The notes under the pieces were generated by a model, which was given only the letters and a program-made list of their open reading frames with translations, made no database searches and was not told the origin of the DNA. From Alistipes timonensis (GTDB lineage Bacteria > Bacteroidota > Bacteroidia > Bacteroidales > Muribaculaceae), in assembly GCA_023663385.1 (NCBI GenBank), contig JAMPHO010000004.1, forward strand, positions 14,053-78,052: DNA of 64,000 nucleotides. The letters are read 5' to 3'. Position numbers and translations under genes: made by a program. Below are positions 35,301 to 44,718 of the stretch, piece after piece. Position 1 is the stretch's first letter; each line of letters begins with the position of its first letter.

Positions 35301-35417
35301 AACCCCTTCGTGATCACCAAGTACAAGGGCCTCGACCCCGAAGTCGACGGCGGTATCGACAACAGCGTATACCCCAAGGCCGTCACCTACTCGCTGGGCC
35401 TCGTAGCGACCTTCTAA
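32301..35417 (+). CDS. SusC/RagA-family TonB-dependent outer membrane transporter
   Basis: 1038 aa. Signal peptide, CarboxypepD_reg-like SVSGTVTDPSGEPLIGASV, plug region NPLIVIDGVP, and a terminal aromatic residue (..LVATF). Confidence 0.93.
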   Translation: MKHSQTGIAKKLLFLLVGLLCAVGANAQSISVSGTVTDPSGEPLIGASVIAQGSSAGAATDIDGRYTISVPANAVLVFSYVGYDAQNVPVDGRSVINVTMQENSVMLNEVVAIGYGVVKKSDATGSVAVIKPDEIEAGLATSVQDMLVGQTPGVVVTTAGGPEGNATIRIRGGSSLSASNNPLIVIDGVPIESSASVGMTNPLALISPENIESMTVLKDASATAIYGSRASNGVIIVTTKKGKAGKPQVNFAANMYVNHARKTWDVLSAGEFRSLIGEKYGEDSGAYKAMGNADTDWQDEVLRTTVSHDYNLSVAGTAGILPYRVNVGYTGSNGILLDSKMDRVTAGLSLNPKFFNDHLSVNLNGNYTYIYNKRVEEGAMNAAMNFDPTHPVKDNREIVGGTAMDQHKYLYNGYFNWDNTNDKGETAVNDNATQNPVQMLKDRDWHAKLNRFNGNLQLDYAIHGFEDLHANINLGLDVQRGDEWNAVESNSIMAWRGHDHYAGSFEDRLHQERNNYLLDFYLNYKKEVESIYSVFDVTAGYSWQRFEDSGWKRGADSNSGYRTGVGYLTPTVNGTGWNLNVNEGTTNLVGKNFADDVINAEGNYHWKNRLQLLSFFGRVNYSLYERYLLTVTVRGDATSRFSKDNRWGVFPSVALGWKINDEAFMQPASGWLSDLKLRLGWGVTGQQEVGSTCNYLPMYSIAAPGSLYPDMLGGNGYQSTYFLIGYNPDLKWEQTVTWNAGLDFGFLNNRVNGSIDYYYRKTKDLLSFVTVPAGSSTTNMLNRNIGDMKNYGVEFNISAKPVVTKDFTWTLTYNVGWNHNEITKLNDNAAIYKVGGISGGTGNTVQAHAVGYPAYSFYLLQQVYDADGKPLEGCYVDQNQDGKIDESDRVLNHSAAPKVTMTFGSQFRYKQWDLGFNLRASLGNYVYNNVLSTKAVYNDLFGYGLNNLVVNDVYFEQAQLMSDYYLRNGSFLRCDNITLGYTFENLLRDKLRLRIFAGVQNPFVITKYKGLDPEVDGGIDNSVYPKAVTYSLGLVATF

Positions 35418-35451
35418 ACCCTTGTTCCGAACCATTTAGCAAAGAATCAAC

Positions 35452-37170
35452 ATGAATCTCAAAAAATATCTACTGTTGGGCGGCGTGGCTCTCGGCATGG
35501 GCATCACTACCTCCTGCGTGGGCGACCTCGACCTCGAACCCAACGACCCCAACCAGACCGGCCAGGCCCATACCACCCAGTTCTACCTGGGAGCGCTGGC
35601 CAAATGCTACTCCGGCATGGCGGTTTCCGGCCAGAACGGCGCCGGAAGCTCCGACATCTCCGGCCTCGACAACGGCACGGGCTGCTACTCCCGCGCGCTG
35701 TTCATGATGAACGTGTTCCCCACCGACGAGGCCCTCTGGATATGGCCCGACGCCGGAGTGGTCGACCTGGTGACCAACACCTGGGACGCCTCCAACGGCA
35801 ACATCTACGGCACCTACTCGCGCCTCTACACCCACATCTCGACCTGCAACGACTTCCTGACGATGACCGCCGACGCCGCCGGTAACGACATGGAGCAGAT
35901 GCGCGCCGAGGCCCGCGCCCTCCGCGCCATGAGCTACTACTGGGTGATCGACATCTTCGGCAACGGCTCCTATGTGACCGAGGCCGACGAAATCGGCTCC
36001 TCCCCCCGCCAGGCCACCCGCACCGAGCTCTTCGACTTCGTTGAACGCGAACTCTGCGAGGTAGCCGGCGTATCGTTCGACGAGGCCGGTTACATCCAGG
36101 AAGGTCAGTCGCTCATTCCCAACGACAACTTCTATGGCCGCCTCAACCGCGACGCCGCGCTCGGCCTCCTGAGCCGCCTCTACCTCAACGCCGAAGTCTA
36201 CACCGGCACACCCCAGTACCGCAAGTGCGCCCAGGTGAGCGACCTGGTAATCTCGCGCCACAGCGGCGGCTTCCAGGGTTCCGGCCTGGCCGAGGACTAC
36301 CTCTACCTCTTCTGCGCCTCCAACCGCGACTACCAGGGTGCCAACGGCGAAATCCTCTGGGCCATCCCCTACGAGAAGGACGCCATCCAGAGCTATGGCG
36401 GCACCACCTTCCTCATCGCCGCCTCCATCGCCAACGAGCTGGGCATGAGCCAGACCAACTACGGCCTCTCCTCGGCCTGGAAGTGCATGCACGCCCGCAC
36501 CCAGTTCTCCAACCGCTTTGACGAAGGTGACGCGCGCGACGCCATGTGGGTCAAGGGCAAGGTAGAATACAAGGACGGCACCAACGACGACGGCACCGAC
36601 AAGTATACCACCGCCGACTACATCGCCGAGAACACCGAGTTCTCCGAGTGGACCAACGGCTACGCCGTGATCAAATTCACCAACCTCCTCAAGGGTGACG
36701 GCCAGGGTGATCCCAAAGACCTCTCCGGCACCTTCTGGGACGCCGCATCGTTCGCCGACGGCTATGCCAGCGCCTTCGCCGACACCGACCTCCCCATGAT
36801 CCGTCTGGCCGAAATGTACCTCAACTACACCGAGAGCTACATCCTTGGCGGCGGTCAGGCCGCTGACTCCGAAAAGGCCCGCAAGTACGTCAACATCGTG
36901 CGCTCCCGCTCCGACAACTCCGAATGGGGCTCGGCCGACCTCACCGCCGACAACATCCTCGACGAGCGCTGCCGCGAACTCTACTGGGAGCTCACCCGCC
37001 GCTCCGACCTGGTGCGCCACCACAAGTTCACCGGCCCCAACCAGGCCCTCTGGTCGTGGAAGGGCAACGTCGCCGCCGGCGCCCGCATCGCCGACCGCTA
37101 CGACCTGATGCCTATCCCCACCAACACCCTGGCCGCGCAGCCCGAATTCAAGCAGAACCCCGGCTACTAA
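35452..37170 (+). CDS. SusD/RagB-family nutrient-binding lipoprotein
   Basis: 572 aa. Lipoprotein signal ending TTSC, located directly after susC, and a SusD-like C-terminal block (ERCRELYWELTRRSDLVR). Confidence 0.9.
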   Translation: MNLKKYLLLGGVALGMGITTSCVGDLDLEPNDPNQTGQAHTTQFYLGALAKCYSGMAVSGQNGAGSSDISGLDNGTGCYSRALFMMNVFPTDEALWIWPDAGVVDLVTNTWDASNGNIYGTYSRLYTHISTCNDFLTMTADAAGNDMEQMRAEARALRAMSYYWVIDIFGNGSYVTEADEIGSSPRQATRTELFDFVERELCEVAGVSFDEAGYIQEGQSLIPNDNFYGRLNRDAALGLLSRLYLNAEVYTGTPQYRKCAQVSDLVISRHSGGFQGSGLAEDYLYLFCASNRDYQGANGEILWAIPYEKDAIQSYGGTTFLIAASIANELGMSQTNYGLSSAWKCMHARTQFSNRFDEGDARDAMWVKGKVEYKDGTNDDGTDKYTTADYIAENTEFSEWTNGYAVIKFTNLLKGDGQGDPKDLSGTFWDAASFADGYASAFADTDLPMIRLAEMYLNYTESYILGGGQAADSEKARKYVNIVRSRSDNSEWGSADLTADNILDERCRELYWELTRRSDLVRHHKFTGPNQALWSWKGNVAAGARIADRYDLMPIPTNTLAAQPEFKQNPGY

Positions 37171-37208
37171 GCCAAGGACTAATCCTCACCGTTTAAGACT
37201 AAAACTCA

Positions 37209-38144
37209 ATGAATAAGATAGCTTTAACGCTCGGCCTGGCCGCGACAGTAGCCCTCGGGTTCTCGGCTTGCGACGAAACCTGGGATGACAACCCCGTCGT
37301 GAAGGCCCCCAACAAGGAGTACACCGACTTCCTCAACGAGCCGGAACTCCGCGAAACCTGGATTACCATCACCAAAGAGGGCGCCGACAAGAACGCCGCC
37401 CTCCATATGACCTGCTCGCAGCCCGACTTCGGCTTCGCCGCCGTTGCCAACTATGTGGTCGAGGTCTGCCTCTCCCCCGACTTCACCAAGGCATACGTCG
37501 ACGGCGAAACACCCGTGCAGGGCGACTACTACTCGACCGAGACCGTGTTCACCGACTGCGCCCAGATCAACCCCATCGCCGACGAAATCGCCGAGTGCGT
37601 GTGCAAGCTCAAAGGGTGGACCGCCGACGAAGAAGTCGTAGCCGACGAATACTCGAAGGTGTATGTGCGCCTCCGCGCCTACATCCCCGAGGCTGAGGAG
37701 CTGACCACCATATGGTCGCAGCCCCAGTCGTTCGAGCACATCCGTGTGACCTACTACGCCGCCTCCGTGCCCGGCCTCAGCCTCGAACCGCGCCTGTGCA
37801 TCCGCGGCGACGCCTTCGGCACCTGGGCCGACAGCGGGCTCCCCGTCGATGACGAGTTCTTCACCACCGCCAAGCGCGGCATCTATGTGCTCCCCCATGT
37901 GAAGATTCCCAAGAACTCGGCCTTCAAATTCGCCTCCGACAAGTGGAACCCCATCAACCTCGGTGCCGGCGCTAGCGCCAAAGTAGGCTCCGCGTTCCGC
38001 CTCGACAACTCCGGCGGCAGCGGCAACCTCACCCTCTCGCAAGATTTCGAGGGCCGCGTGGTGCTCAGCAACAAGGGTGGCCAGTGGAAGGCAATCCTTG
38101 AGCAAGACGGCAAATTCGACCCCAACGTCCTCCCCAAGTTCTGA
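37209..38144 (+). CDS. SusE-like surface lipoprotein
   Basis: 311 aa. Lipobox GFSAC. The N-terminal SusE-type segment (..LHMTCSQPDFGFAAVANYVVEV..) follows susD. Confidence 0.7.
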   Translation: MNKIALTLGLAATVALGFSACDETWDDNPVVKAPNKEYTDFLNEPELRETWITITKEGADKNAALHMTCSQPDFGFAAVANYVVEVCLSPDFTKAYVDGETPVQGDYYSTETVFTDCAQINPIADEIAECVCKLKGWTADEEVVADEYSKVYVRLRAYIPEAEELTTIWSQPQSFEHIRVTYYAASVPGLSLEPRLCIRGDAFGTWADSGLPVDDEFFTTAKRGIYVLPHVKIPKNSAFKFASDKWNPINLGAGASAKVGSAFRLDNSGGSGNLTLSQDFEGRVVLSNKGGQWKAILEQDGKFDPNVLPKF

Positions 38145-38171
38145 TAATCACAACTTTCCCAGACTACAGAA

Positions 38172-39659
38172 ATGAAAAAACTCAGCATACTACTGACCGG
38201 CGTTCTCGCCCTCGCGGCCTTCACCGCCTGCGATGAAGCGCCCGAGGCCCCCAAGCCTCAGAAGAACCCCCAGCCGGCTATCTTCACCAACGCCGACGTC
38301 AGCGCCCAGCTCGCCGCGCCCCTGGCACAGGCTTCCACTCCCGGCGCCGAGCCCCTCAAGCTCCAGGAATACCGCGAAGCGGGCCTCATCACACTGATGG
38401 ACAACGTTTCGGCCATCAACGTGCCCGCCGGCTCCGAAGTCGTGTTCGACCTCAAGCTCTCGACCGACGCCGGATTCGACAAAGAGCAGACCACCATCCT
38501 CACCGCCTCGACCAACGAGCAGGGGCAGGCAACGATCCTCACCGTCGACTGGAACGACGCACACTACTTCCTGGCCGGCAAGTCGATGACTCCCCGCAAG
38601 TTCTACTACCAGGTTTACGGCTATGTGAGCCTCGACGAAACCCGCTACGCCATCGGCGAGGCCGACCCCGCCAACCCCACGGCTATGGTGGAGAAGGTGT
38701 TCGCCCAGGGCGAGTACGAGGAGGTGCCCTTCGAGCTGTTTATCGACTCGGCCTACTACTTCCTCGGCGACTGCACCACCTGGGATTTCGCCGAATGCGC
38801 TCCCTACAAGTTTGACCACGACGGCGACAACGTATACGAGAACCCCGTGTTCACCTTCAAGTTCGAAGTGCCCGCCGACAAGGCCGCCAAAGGCGCTTAC
38901 TGGAAGGTCGCTTCGCAGACCGCCGTCGACACCAAGAGCTGGGACGCCGTATACGGCCCCTCCATCAACGGCGACAAGAGCATCAGCGGCAATCTGATCG
39001 TGGCCGGACAGGCCGGGCAGATCACCGAGGCCGGCGAGTACACCATCACCATCGACATGGAGAAGATGACCTACGAGATCGTCAAGAAAACCCGTCCCGA
39101 CTTCATCGTGGTGGCCAGCGAGGCCAACGGCTGGAGCAAGACCGACGGCAAGTCGCGCCTCACCTGGTCCAACAAGGAGGACAAGGACAAGCAATACTTC
39201 TGCGGCGCGGCTGTTGCCAATAACGCCAACGGCGGCTTCAAGTTCGTCTACGACGACAAATGGCATGGCGTTGACTTCAGCACCGCCGACGATGCACAGA
39301 ACATCAAGGCCCCCGTTGACGACACCCGCCTCTACTGGTTCACCGTCGATACCGAAGGCCTCTCCTACACCATCAAGGAGGTAACCTCCCTGGGCCTGAT
39401 TGGCATCAATGGCTGGGATGCCGATAACAATGTGATCGAGATGACCCCCTCGGCCGACTACCTCACCTGGACCGTCGACGTCGACATCACCGCCGGGTTC
39501 AAGATCCTGATCAACCACGACTGGGCCTCCAACTACGGCTACAACGGCGACGGCGAACTCACCTTCGACACCGGCAACATCGAAGGCTTCAGCGGCAACT
39601 CCACCGTTACCCTCTCCTTCGCCGGCAACGCCCCCGCGCTGACCGTCACCCCCAAGTAA
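38172..39659 (+). CDS. SusF/SusE-like surface glycan-binding lipoprotein
   Basis: 495 aa. Lipobox AAFTAC, Ig/CBM-like repeated beta-rich segments, and fourth gene of the Sus-like locus. Confidence 0.65.
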   Translation: MKKLSILLTGVLALAAFTACDEAPEAPKPQKNPQPAIFTNADVSAQLAAPLAQASTPGAEPLKLQEYREAGLITLMDNVSAINVPAGSEVVFDLKLSTDAGFDKEQTTILTASTNEQGQATILTVDWNDAHYFLAGKSMTPRKFYYQVYGYVSLDETRYAIGEADPANPTAMVEKVFAQGEYEEVPFELFIDSAYYFLGDCTTWDFAECAPYKFDHDGDNVYENPVFTFKFEVPADKAAKGAYWKVASQTAVDTKSWDAVYGPSINGDKSISGNLIVAGQAGQITEAGEYTITIDMEKMTYEIVKKTRPDFIVVASEANGWSKTDGKSRLTWSNKEDKDKQYFCGAAVANNANGGFKFVYDDKWHGVDFSTADDAQNIKAPVDDTRLYWFTVDTEGLSYTIKEVTSLGLIGINGWDADNNVIEMTPSADYLTWTVDVDITAGFKILINHDWASNYGYNGDGELTFDTGNIEGFSGNSTVTLSFAGNAPALTVTPK

Positions 39660-39712
39660 CCCCCTCCCGCTAACTCGGCGCTCGCGGCTCCGCCGCCAGC
39701 GCCCCGCGATAA

Positions 39713-39745
39713 AAGGCGCGCCCACCCCGGGCGCGCCTTTCTTTT
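39713..39745 (+). terminator. Rho-independent terminator after the Sus-like locus
   Basis: Stem aaggcgcgccc / gggcgcgcctt with a 5-nt loop, followed by tcttttg. Confidence 0.75.
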
Positions 39746-39782
39746 GCCCCGCCCCCTGCCAGCGCGCCGGCCCCTCCCCTCC

Positions 39783-39812
39783 TGTCGTTCCGTGTGAGGG
39801 CGGAGCCCGAAG
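39783..39812. repeat. Dispersed 30-nt element, copy 2 (inverted relative to 2848-2877)
   Basis: tgtcgttccgtgtgagggcggagcccgaag. One mismatch to the reverse complement of copy 1. Both copies abut purine/pyrimidine-pure tracts. Confidence 0.85.
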
Positions 39813-39918
39813 CCCCCTTTACCCTTCCCCCTTCACTATTCACCCTTCACCCTTAACTCCCCTCCCCCTTTTTAATATTTTTTGTTAAAAATGATGGTGG
39901 CGGCAAGGAATTAATGCG

Positions 39919-39926
39919 TACATTTG
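39919..39926 (+). promoter_or_regulatory. -7 box TACATTTG for the FKBP gene array
   Basis: Exact TAnnTTTG followed by CG, 43 nt upstream of the ATG at 39969. Confidence 0.5.
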
Positions 39927-39968
39927 CGTTTTAGAATATAGCAATCATAAGATACGACTCATAAAACT

Positions 39969-40598
39969 ATGGAAGAAAATAAATTAGACCGCATCTCCTA
40001 TGCTCTCGGACTGAGCATGGGCAATAACTTCCGCGCGTCCGGCATCTCGGAACTCAACGTGCAGGACTTCGCCGACGGCGTGGCCGCCGTGTTCTACGGC
40101 TCTCAGCCCAAGATGACCTACGACGAAGCCAAGGCCGAAATCCAGGCTTTCTTCACCGAGATGGAGAAGAAGCAGCAGGAAGCCGCCGCAGCCGCCGGCG
40201 AGGCCAACCGCCAGGCCGGCGAGGCTTTCCTCCTCGAAAACGGCAAGCGCGCCGAGGTGAAGACCACCCCCTCCGGACTCCAGTACGAGGTGCTCACCGA
40301 GGGTGACGGCCCCATGCCCGCCGCTACCGACCAGGTTGAGGTACACTACACCGGCAAGCTCATCGACGGCACCGTGTTCGACTCCTCCGTTGACCGCGGC
40401 ATGCCCGCCACCTTCGGCGTCAACCAGGTAATCCCCGGATGGGTCGAAGCCCTGCAGATGATGAAGGCCGGCTCGAAATGGCGCCTCTACATCCCCTCGA
40501 ACCTCGCATACGGCCCCACCGGCACCCCCGGCGGCCCGATCGGCCCTAACAGCACCCTGCTCTTCGACGTCGAACTGATCAAGGTGCTGGGCAAGTAA
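39969..40598 (+). CDS. FKBP-type peptidyl-prolyl cis-trans isomerase (FklB/Mip-like, no signal peptide)
   Basis: 209 aa. C-terminal FKBP domain (VHYTGKLIDGTVFDSS..VIPGWVEALQMMK..LYIPSNLAYG..LLFDVELI). Confidence 0.88.
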   Translation: MEENKLDRISYALGLSMGNNFRASGISELNVQDFADGVAAVFYGSQPKMTYDEAKAEIQAFFTEMEKKQQEAAAAAGEANRQAGEAFLLENGKRAEVKTTPSGLQYEVLTEGDGPMPAATDQVEVHYTGKLIDGTVFDSSVDRGMPATFGVNQVIPGWVEALQMMKAGSKWRLYIPSNLAYGPTGTPGGPIGPNSTLLFDVELIKVLGK

Positions 40599-40617
40599 GA
40601 ACCAGCGCGCCGAAGCG

Positions 40618-41454
40618 ATGAATACCGTTGCCAAAGCGATATTAGGCTGCGCCGCGGCCGCCGCGCCCCTGGTGTGCGGCGCCGCGGAGCCGTATGTGCC
40701 CACCCAGGCCGAAACCGACTCGGTGAACGCCGCTTTCGCGGCCACGATGGCCCACTACCTCGCCCCCGACCTGGCGAAACGCTTCCCCGGCGACCCAAAG
40801 GCGGTCGGCGAGTTTGTCGACGGCATGGCCCACGCGTTCGACATCAAGAACCTCGACGCCCCCTACTACCAGGGGGTGCGCGCCGGGTTCGCATTCATGA
40901 TCGACCGCCTGGAGCAGATGCGCGACATGGGGTTCCCCGTGACCCCCGAGAAGTACCTCGCGTCGCTCCGCGCGGCCCTGGCCGACTCGACCGCCACCGG
41001 GTTCACCAACCGCGAGGCCGACGAATACCTCCACTCGTTCATGAACAGGATGTATCCGGCGCCCGAGCGGCTCAGCGACGAATCGCAGCAGGCGTTTATC
41101 GACGCGCAACTCACCCGCGAGGGGGTGCAGCGCCTCCCCTCCGGCCTCGTGTTCGAGGTAATCACCGAGGGTGAGGGGGAGCACCCGACGATGGACGACC
41201 GCGTGCGGCTCCTCTACACCGGCTCGCTGGCCGACGGCACCGTGTTTGACCGCACGGAGCGCCCCGTCGATTTCCCCCTGCGGGGACTCGTGCCCGGCTT
41301 CGCCGAGGGGCTGAGCCTGATGAAGCCCGGAGGCACCTACCGCCTCTTCATACCCCCCTCGCTCGGCTACGGCGAAGAGGGCGCGGCCGGAGCCATACCC
41401 CCCAACGCCGCCATCGACTTCCAGGTGCAGCTCCTGGAAATCCTCCCCCGCTGA
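40618..41454 (+). CDS. FKBP-type peptidyl-prolyl isomerase (secreted, FkpA-like)
   Basis: 278 aa. Signal-like N-terminus. FKBP domain LLYTGSLADGTVFDRT..LVPGFAEGLSLMK..LFIPPSLGYG. Confidence 0.85.
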   Translation: MNTVAKAILGCAAAAAPLVCGAAEPYVPTQAETDSVNAAFAATMAHYLAPDLAKRFPGDPKAVGEFVDGMAHAFDIKNLDAPYYQGVRAGFAFMIDRLEQMRDMGFPVTPEKYLASLRAALADSTATGFTNREADEYLHSFMNRMYPAPERLSDESQQAFIDAQLTREGVQRLPSGLVFEVITEGEGEHPTMDDRVRLLYTGSLADGTVFDRTERPVDFPLRGLVPGFAEGLSLMKPGGTYRLFIPPSLGYGEEGAAGAIPPNAAIDFQVQLLEILPR

Positions 41455-41510
41455 ACCCCAGCCACAAAAACTACCACACAACCGCTAATCACATTAAACA
41501 AACCCCAGAT

Positions 41511-42422
41511 ATGAAAAAGATTCTTCTTACTCTCGGCGCCGCCGCTCTTGTCGGCGCTTCCTTCGTATCCTGCGACAAGGGTACCGACAGCAAGGTTTCC
41601 GCCGAAGACAAGGCTTTCGGCGACTCGATCGCCGTGGCTCTCGGCGAATTCGCCGGCGCGCAGCAGAACAGCCAGTTCAACCGCATGCAGACCCAGCTCG
41701 ACTCCGCCGAGGCAGCCAAATACTCACGCGACGACTTCATGCGCGGCCTCAAGACCGTGATGGCCGCCGACACCTCCAAGCTCGCCTACTACCAGGGCCT
41801 TATGTTCGGCCTGCAGCTCATCCAGCCCATCAACGGCATGACCAACCAGTACGGCTTCCCCGTTGACAAGGACGTGGTTATCAAAGCCTTCCAGAAGGTG
41901 TTCGACATGCCCGCCGACTCCGTGCAGGCCAAGGGCCAGGAATTCTACATGGCCTACTCCACTCTCTTCCAGGAGGCTGAAACCCGCATGAAGGCACGCC
42001 AAGCAGCCGAGCGCTCCGGCTCCCCCGAGGCCCAGGAAACCCTCTCCAAGGGTAAGGCTTACGCCGAAAAGATGACCAAGGAGGGTTACACCCGCTCCGC
42101 TTCCGGCCTCGTTTACAAAATCGAGAACCCCGGCACCGGCGACAAGGTGAAAGCCACCGACAAGGTTAAAATCAACTACGTTGGTAAGCACATCGACGGC
42201 GAGGTATTCGACCAGACCCAGCCCGAGCACCCCTACACCTCGGCCGCCAACAGCTTCGTGCCCGGCTTCACCGAGGCCCTGCAGCTCGTCGGCAAGGGTG
42301 GCAAGGTAACCGTGGTTATCCCCACCGATCTGGCCTACGGCGCTGACGGCGCCGGCAGCGTGATCGCTCCCAACGAGACCCTCGTGTTCGACATCGAAGT
42401 GCTCGACGTAAACCCCGAATAA
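41511..42422 (+). CDS. FKBP-type peptidyl-prolyl isomerase (lipoprotein)
   Basis: 303 aa. Lipobox SFVSC. FKBP domain INYVGKHIDGEVFDQT..FVPGFTEALQLV..VVIPTDLAYG. Confidence 0.85.
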   Translation: MKKILLTLGAAALVGASFVSCDKGTDSKVSAEDKAFGDSIAVALGEFAGAQQNSQFNRMQTQLDSAEAAKYSRDDFMRGLKTVMAADTSKLAYYQGLMFGLQLIQPINGMTNQYGFPVDKDVVIKAFQKVFDMPADSVQAKGQEFYMAYSTLFQEAETRMKARQAAERSGSPEAQETLSKGKAYAEKMTKEGYTRSASGLVYKIENPGTGDKVKATDKVKINYVGKHIDGEVFDQTQPEHPYTSAANSFVPGFTEALQLVGKGGKVTVVIPTDLAYGADGAGSVIAPNETLVFDIEVLDVNPE

Positions 42423-42470
42423 TCCGCGCCACATCGGGGCCGGAGGGCCCCTGACACATACACCATATCG

Positions 42471-42523
42471 CTGACCCCGCCATCACGGAACTTCCCGCAC
42501 AGTGGCGGGGTCAGCCTCTTTCC
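42471..42523 (+). terminator. Hairpin terminator after the FKBP array
   Basis: 12-bp stem ctgaccccgcca (42471-42482) / tggcggggtcag (42503-42514). The following T-tract is weak (cctctttcc). Confidence 0.45.
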
Positions 42524-42570
42524 AAAACTCTTTCCCAACATTATACACCCCCCTCAACCAACACACTGCC

Positions 42571-44610
42571 ATGAAGAAATTAGCCATATATAAGAATGAC
42601 CCCTGGCTCCAGCCCTACGCCGAGGCTATCGACGGGCGCCACGCCGACGCCCTGGCGAAAGAAGCCGACCTCACCCAGGCCTCCGGCTCGCTCAACGACT
42701 TCGCCAACGCCCACAAATATTTCGGACTCCACCGCGTGCGCGGCGGATGGGCGTTCCGCGAGTGGGCCCCCAACGCCACAGCCATCACCCTTATAGGCGA
42801 TTTCTCCGGCTGGCAGGAGGACCCGGCCTACGCCCTGCGCCCCGTGGGTGGAGGCGTGTGGGAGGGGATTTTCCCCGCCGCGGCCCTCAGCCACGGACAG
42901 CTCTTCAAGATGCGCGTCCACTGGCCCGGCGGCGAGGGTGACCGCATACCCGCCTACGCCACCCGCGTGGTGCAGGACCCCGAGACCAAAATCTTCTCCG
43001 CCCAGGTATGGCACCCGAAAGCCTACAAATGGCGCGTCGACAACTTCAAGCCCGACACCCGCCCGCTGCTCATCTACGAATGCCACATAGGTATGGCCCA
43101 GCAGACCGAGGGGGTAGGCTCCTACGCCGAGTTCAGCGAAAAAATCCTCCCCCGCATTGCCAAGGACGGATACAACGCCATACAGATCATGGCCATCCAG
43201 GAACACCCCTACTACGGCTCGTTCGGTTACCACGTTAGCAGCTTCTTCGCCCCCTCGTCGCGCTTCGGCACCCCCGAGGAGCTTAAAAGCCTCATAGACC
43301 GCGCCCACGAGCTTGGCATTGCCGTGATCATGGACATAGTGCACTCCCACGCCGTGAAGAACGTCAACGAGGGGCTCGGGGGACTCGACGGCACCCGCGA
43401 CCTCTACTTCTACCCCGGGGCCCGCGGCGAGCACCCCGCGTGGGACTCCTACTGCTTCGACTACGGCAAGAACGAGGTGCTCCACTTCCTCCTCTCAAAC
43501 TGCAAATACTGGATCGAGGAGTTCCGCTTCGACGGCTTCCGCTTCGACGGAGTAACCTCGATGCTCTACTACGACCACGGCCTCGGTAAAGCCTTCGGCT
43601 CATACGGCGACTACTACGACGGGGGCCAGGACGTAAACGCCATCACCTACCTCTCGCTGGCCAACAAGCTGATTCACGAAATCAATCCCCGCGCAATCAC
43701 CATTGCCGAGGAGATGAGCGGCATGCCCGGACTCGCCCTCCCCTTCAAGAAAGGGGGCATAGGGTTCGACTACCGCATGGCCATGGGTATCCCCGACTAC
43801 TGGATCAAGACCATCAAGGAGAAGAAGGACGAGGACTGGCACCCGACCTCCATTATCTGGGAGCTCACCAACCGCCGCGCCGACGAAAAGACCATATCCT
43901 ACGTCGAGAGCCACGACCAGGCCCTCGTGGGGGACAAAACCGTGATTTTCCGCCTCATCGACAAGGAGATGTACTGGCATATGATGGTGGGCGACACTAA
44001 CGCCGTGGTGACCCGCGGCATGGCCCTCCACAAGATGATACGCCTCGTGACCTGCGCGACCATCAACGGCGGCTACCTCAACTTCATGGGCAACGAGTGG
44101 GGCCACCCCGAATGGATTGACTTCCCCCGCGAAGGTAACGGCTGGAGCTACAAGTACGCCCGCCGCCAGTGGGACCTCGTAGACCGCGAAGACCTCCAGT
44201 ACAAGTTCCTCAACGCCTTCGACAACGCGATGATTGAGACCGTGAGCGCCGTGCGCGACTTCCAGGCCCTCCCCGTGGTGAAGCTCTGGGACAAGGACTC
44301 CGACCAGGTGCTCGCCTTCATGCGCGGCGACCTCGTGTTCGTGTTCAACTTCTCCCCCACCGAAAGCTACTCCGACTACGGCTTCCTCGCCCCGCAGGGT
44401 AGCTACTCCACGGTGCTCTCGACCGACAACCCCGCCTTCGGCGGCTTCGGCAACATCGACGAGACCGTAGAGCACCTCACCCAGTTTGACCAACTCTACG
44501 CCCCCGACGGCAAGGGATGGCTCAAACTCTACATCCCGGCCCGCTCCGCGATGGTGCTCCGTCTCAACCGCCCCAAAGCACCCCGCAAACCCCGCGCCAA
44601 AAAGAAGTGA
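42571..44610 (+). CDS. glgB: 1,4-alpha-glucan branching enzyme (GH13)
   Basis: Track ORF trimmed to MKKLAIYKNDPWL. GH13 regions DIVHSHA, GFRFDGVTSM, IAEEMSG and YVESHDQA. Confidence 0.9.
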   Translation: MKKLAIYKNDPWLQPYAEAIDGRHADALAKEADLTQASGSLNDFANAHKYFGLHRVRGGWAFREWAPNATAITLIGDFSGWQEDPAYALRPVGGGVWEGIFPAAALSHGQLFKMRVHWPGGEGDRIPAYATRVVQDPETKIFSAQVWHPKAYKWRVDNFKPDTRPLLIYECHIGMAQQTEGVGSYAEFSEKILPRIAKDGYNAIQIMAIQEHPYYGSFGYHVSSFFAPSSRFGTPEELKSLIDRAHELGIAVIMDIVHSHAVKNVNEGLGGLDGTRDLYFYPGARGEHPAWDSYCFDYGKNEVLHFLLSNCKYWIEEFRFDGFRFDGVTSMLYYDHGLGKAFGSYGDYYDGGQDVNAITYLSLANKLIHEINPRAITIAEEMSGMPGLALPFKKGGIGFDYRMAMGIPDYWIKTIKEKKDEDWHPTSIIWELTNRRADEKTISYVESHDQALVGDKTVIFRLIDKEMYWHMMVGDTNAVVTRGMALHKMIRLVTCATINGGYLNFMGNEWGHPEWIDFPREGNGWSYKYARRQWDLVDREDLQYKFLNAFDNAMIETVSAVRDFQALPVVKLWDKDSDQVLAFMRGDLVFVFNFSPTESYSDYGFLAPQGSYSTVLSTDNPAFGGFGNIDETVEHLTQFDQLYAPDGKGWLKLYIPARSAMVLRLNRPKAPRKPRAKKK

Positions 44611-44718
44611 TCCCGGTCCGATAACCACATACCCCCCTCGCGGCGGCTCCGCACAGGCCCTGTTCCTGGCGCGAGCCGCCGCGGCGGCGAGGGCACACAT
44701 CCAAAACACCCTCCACCC

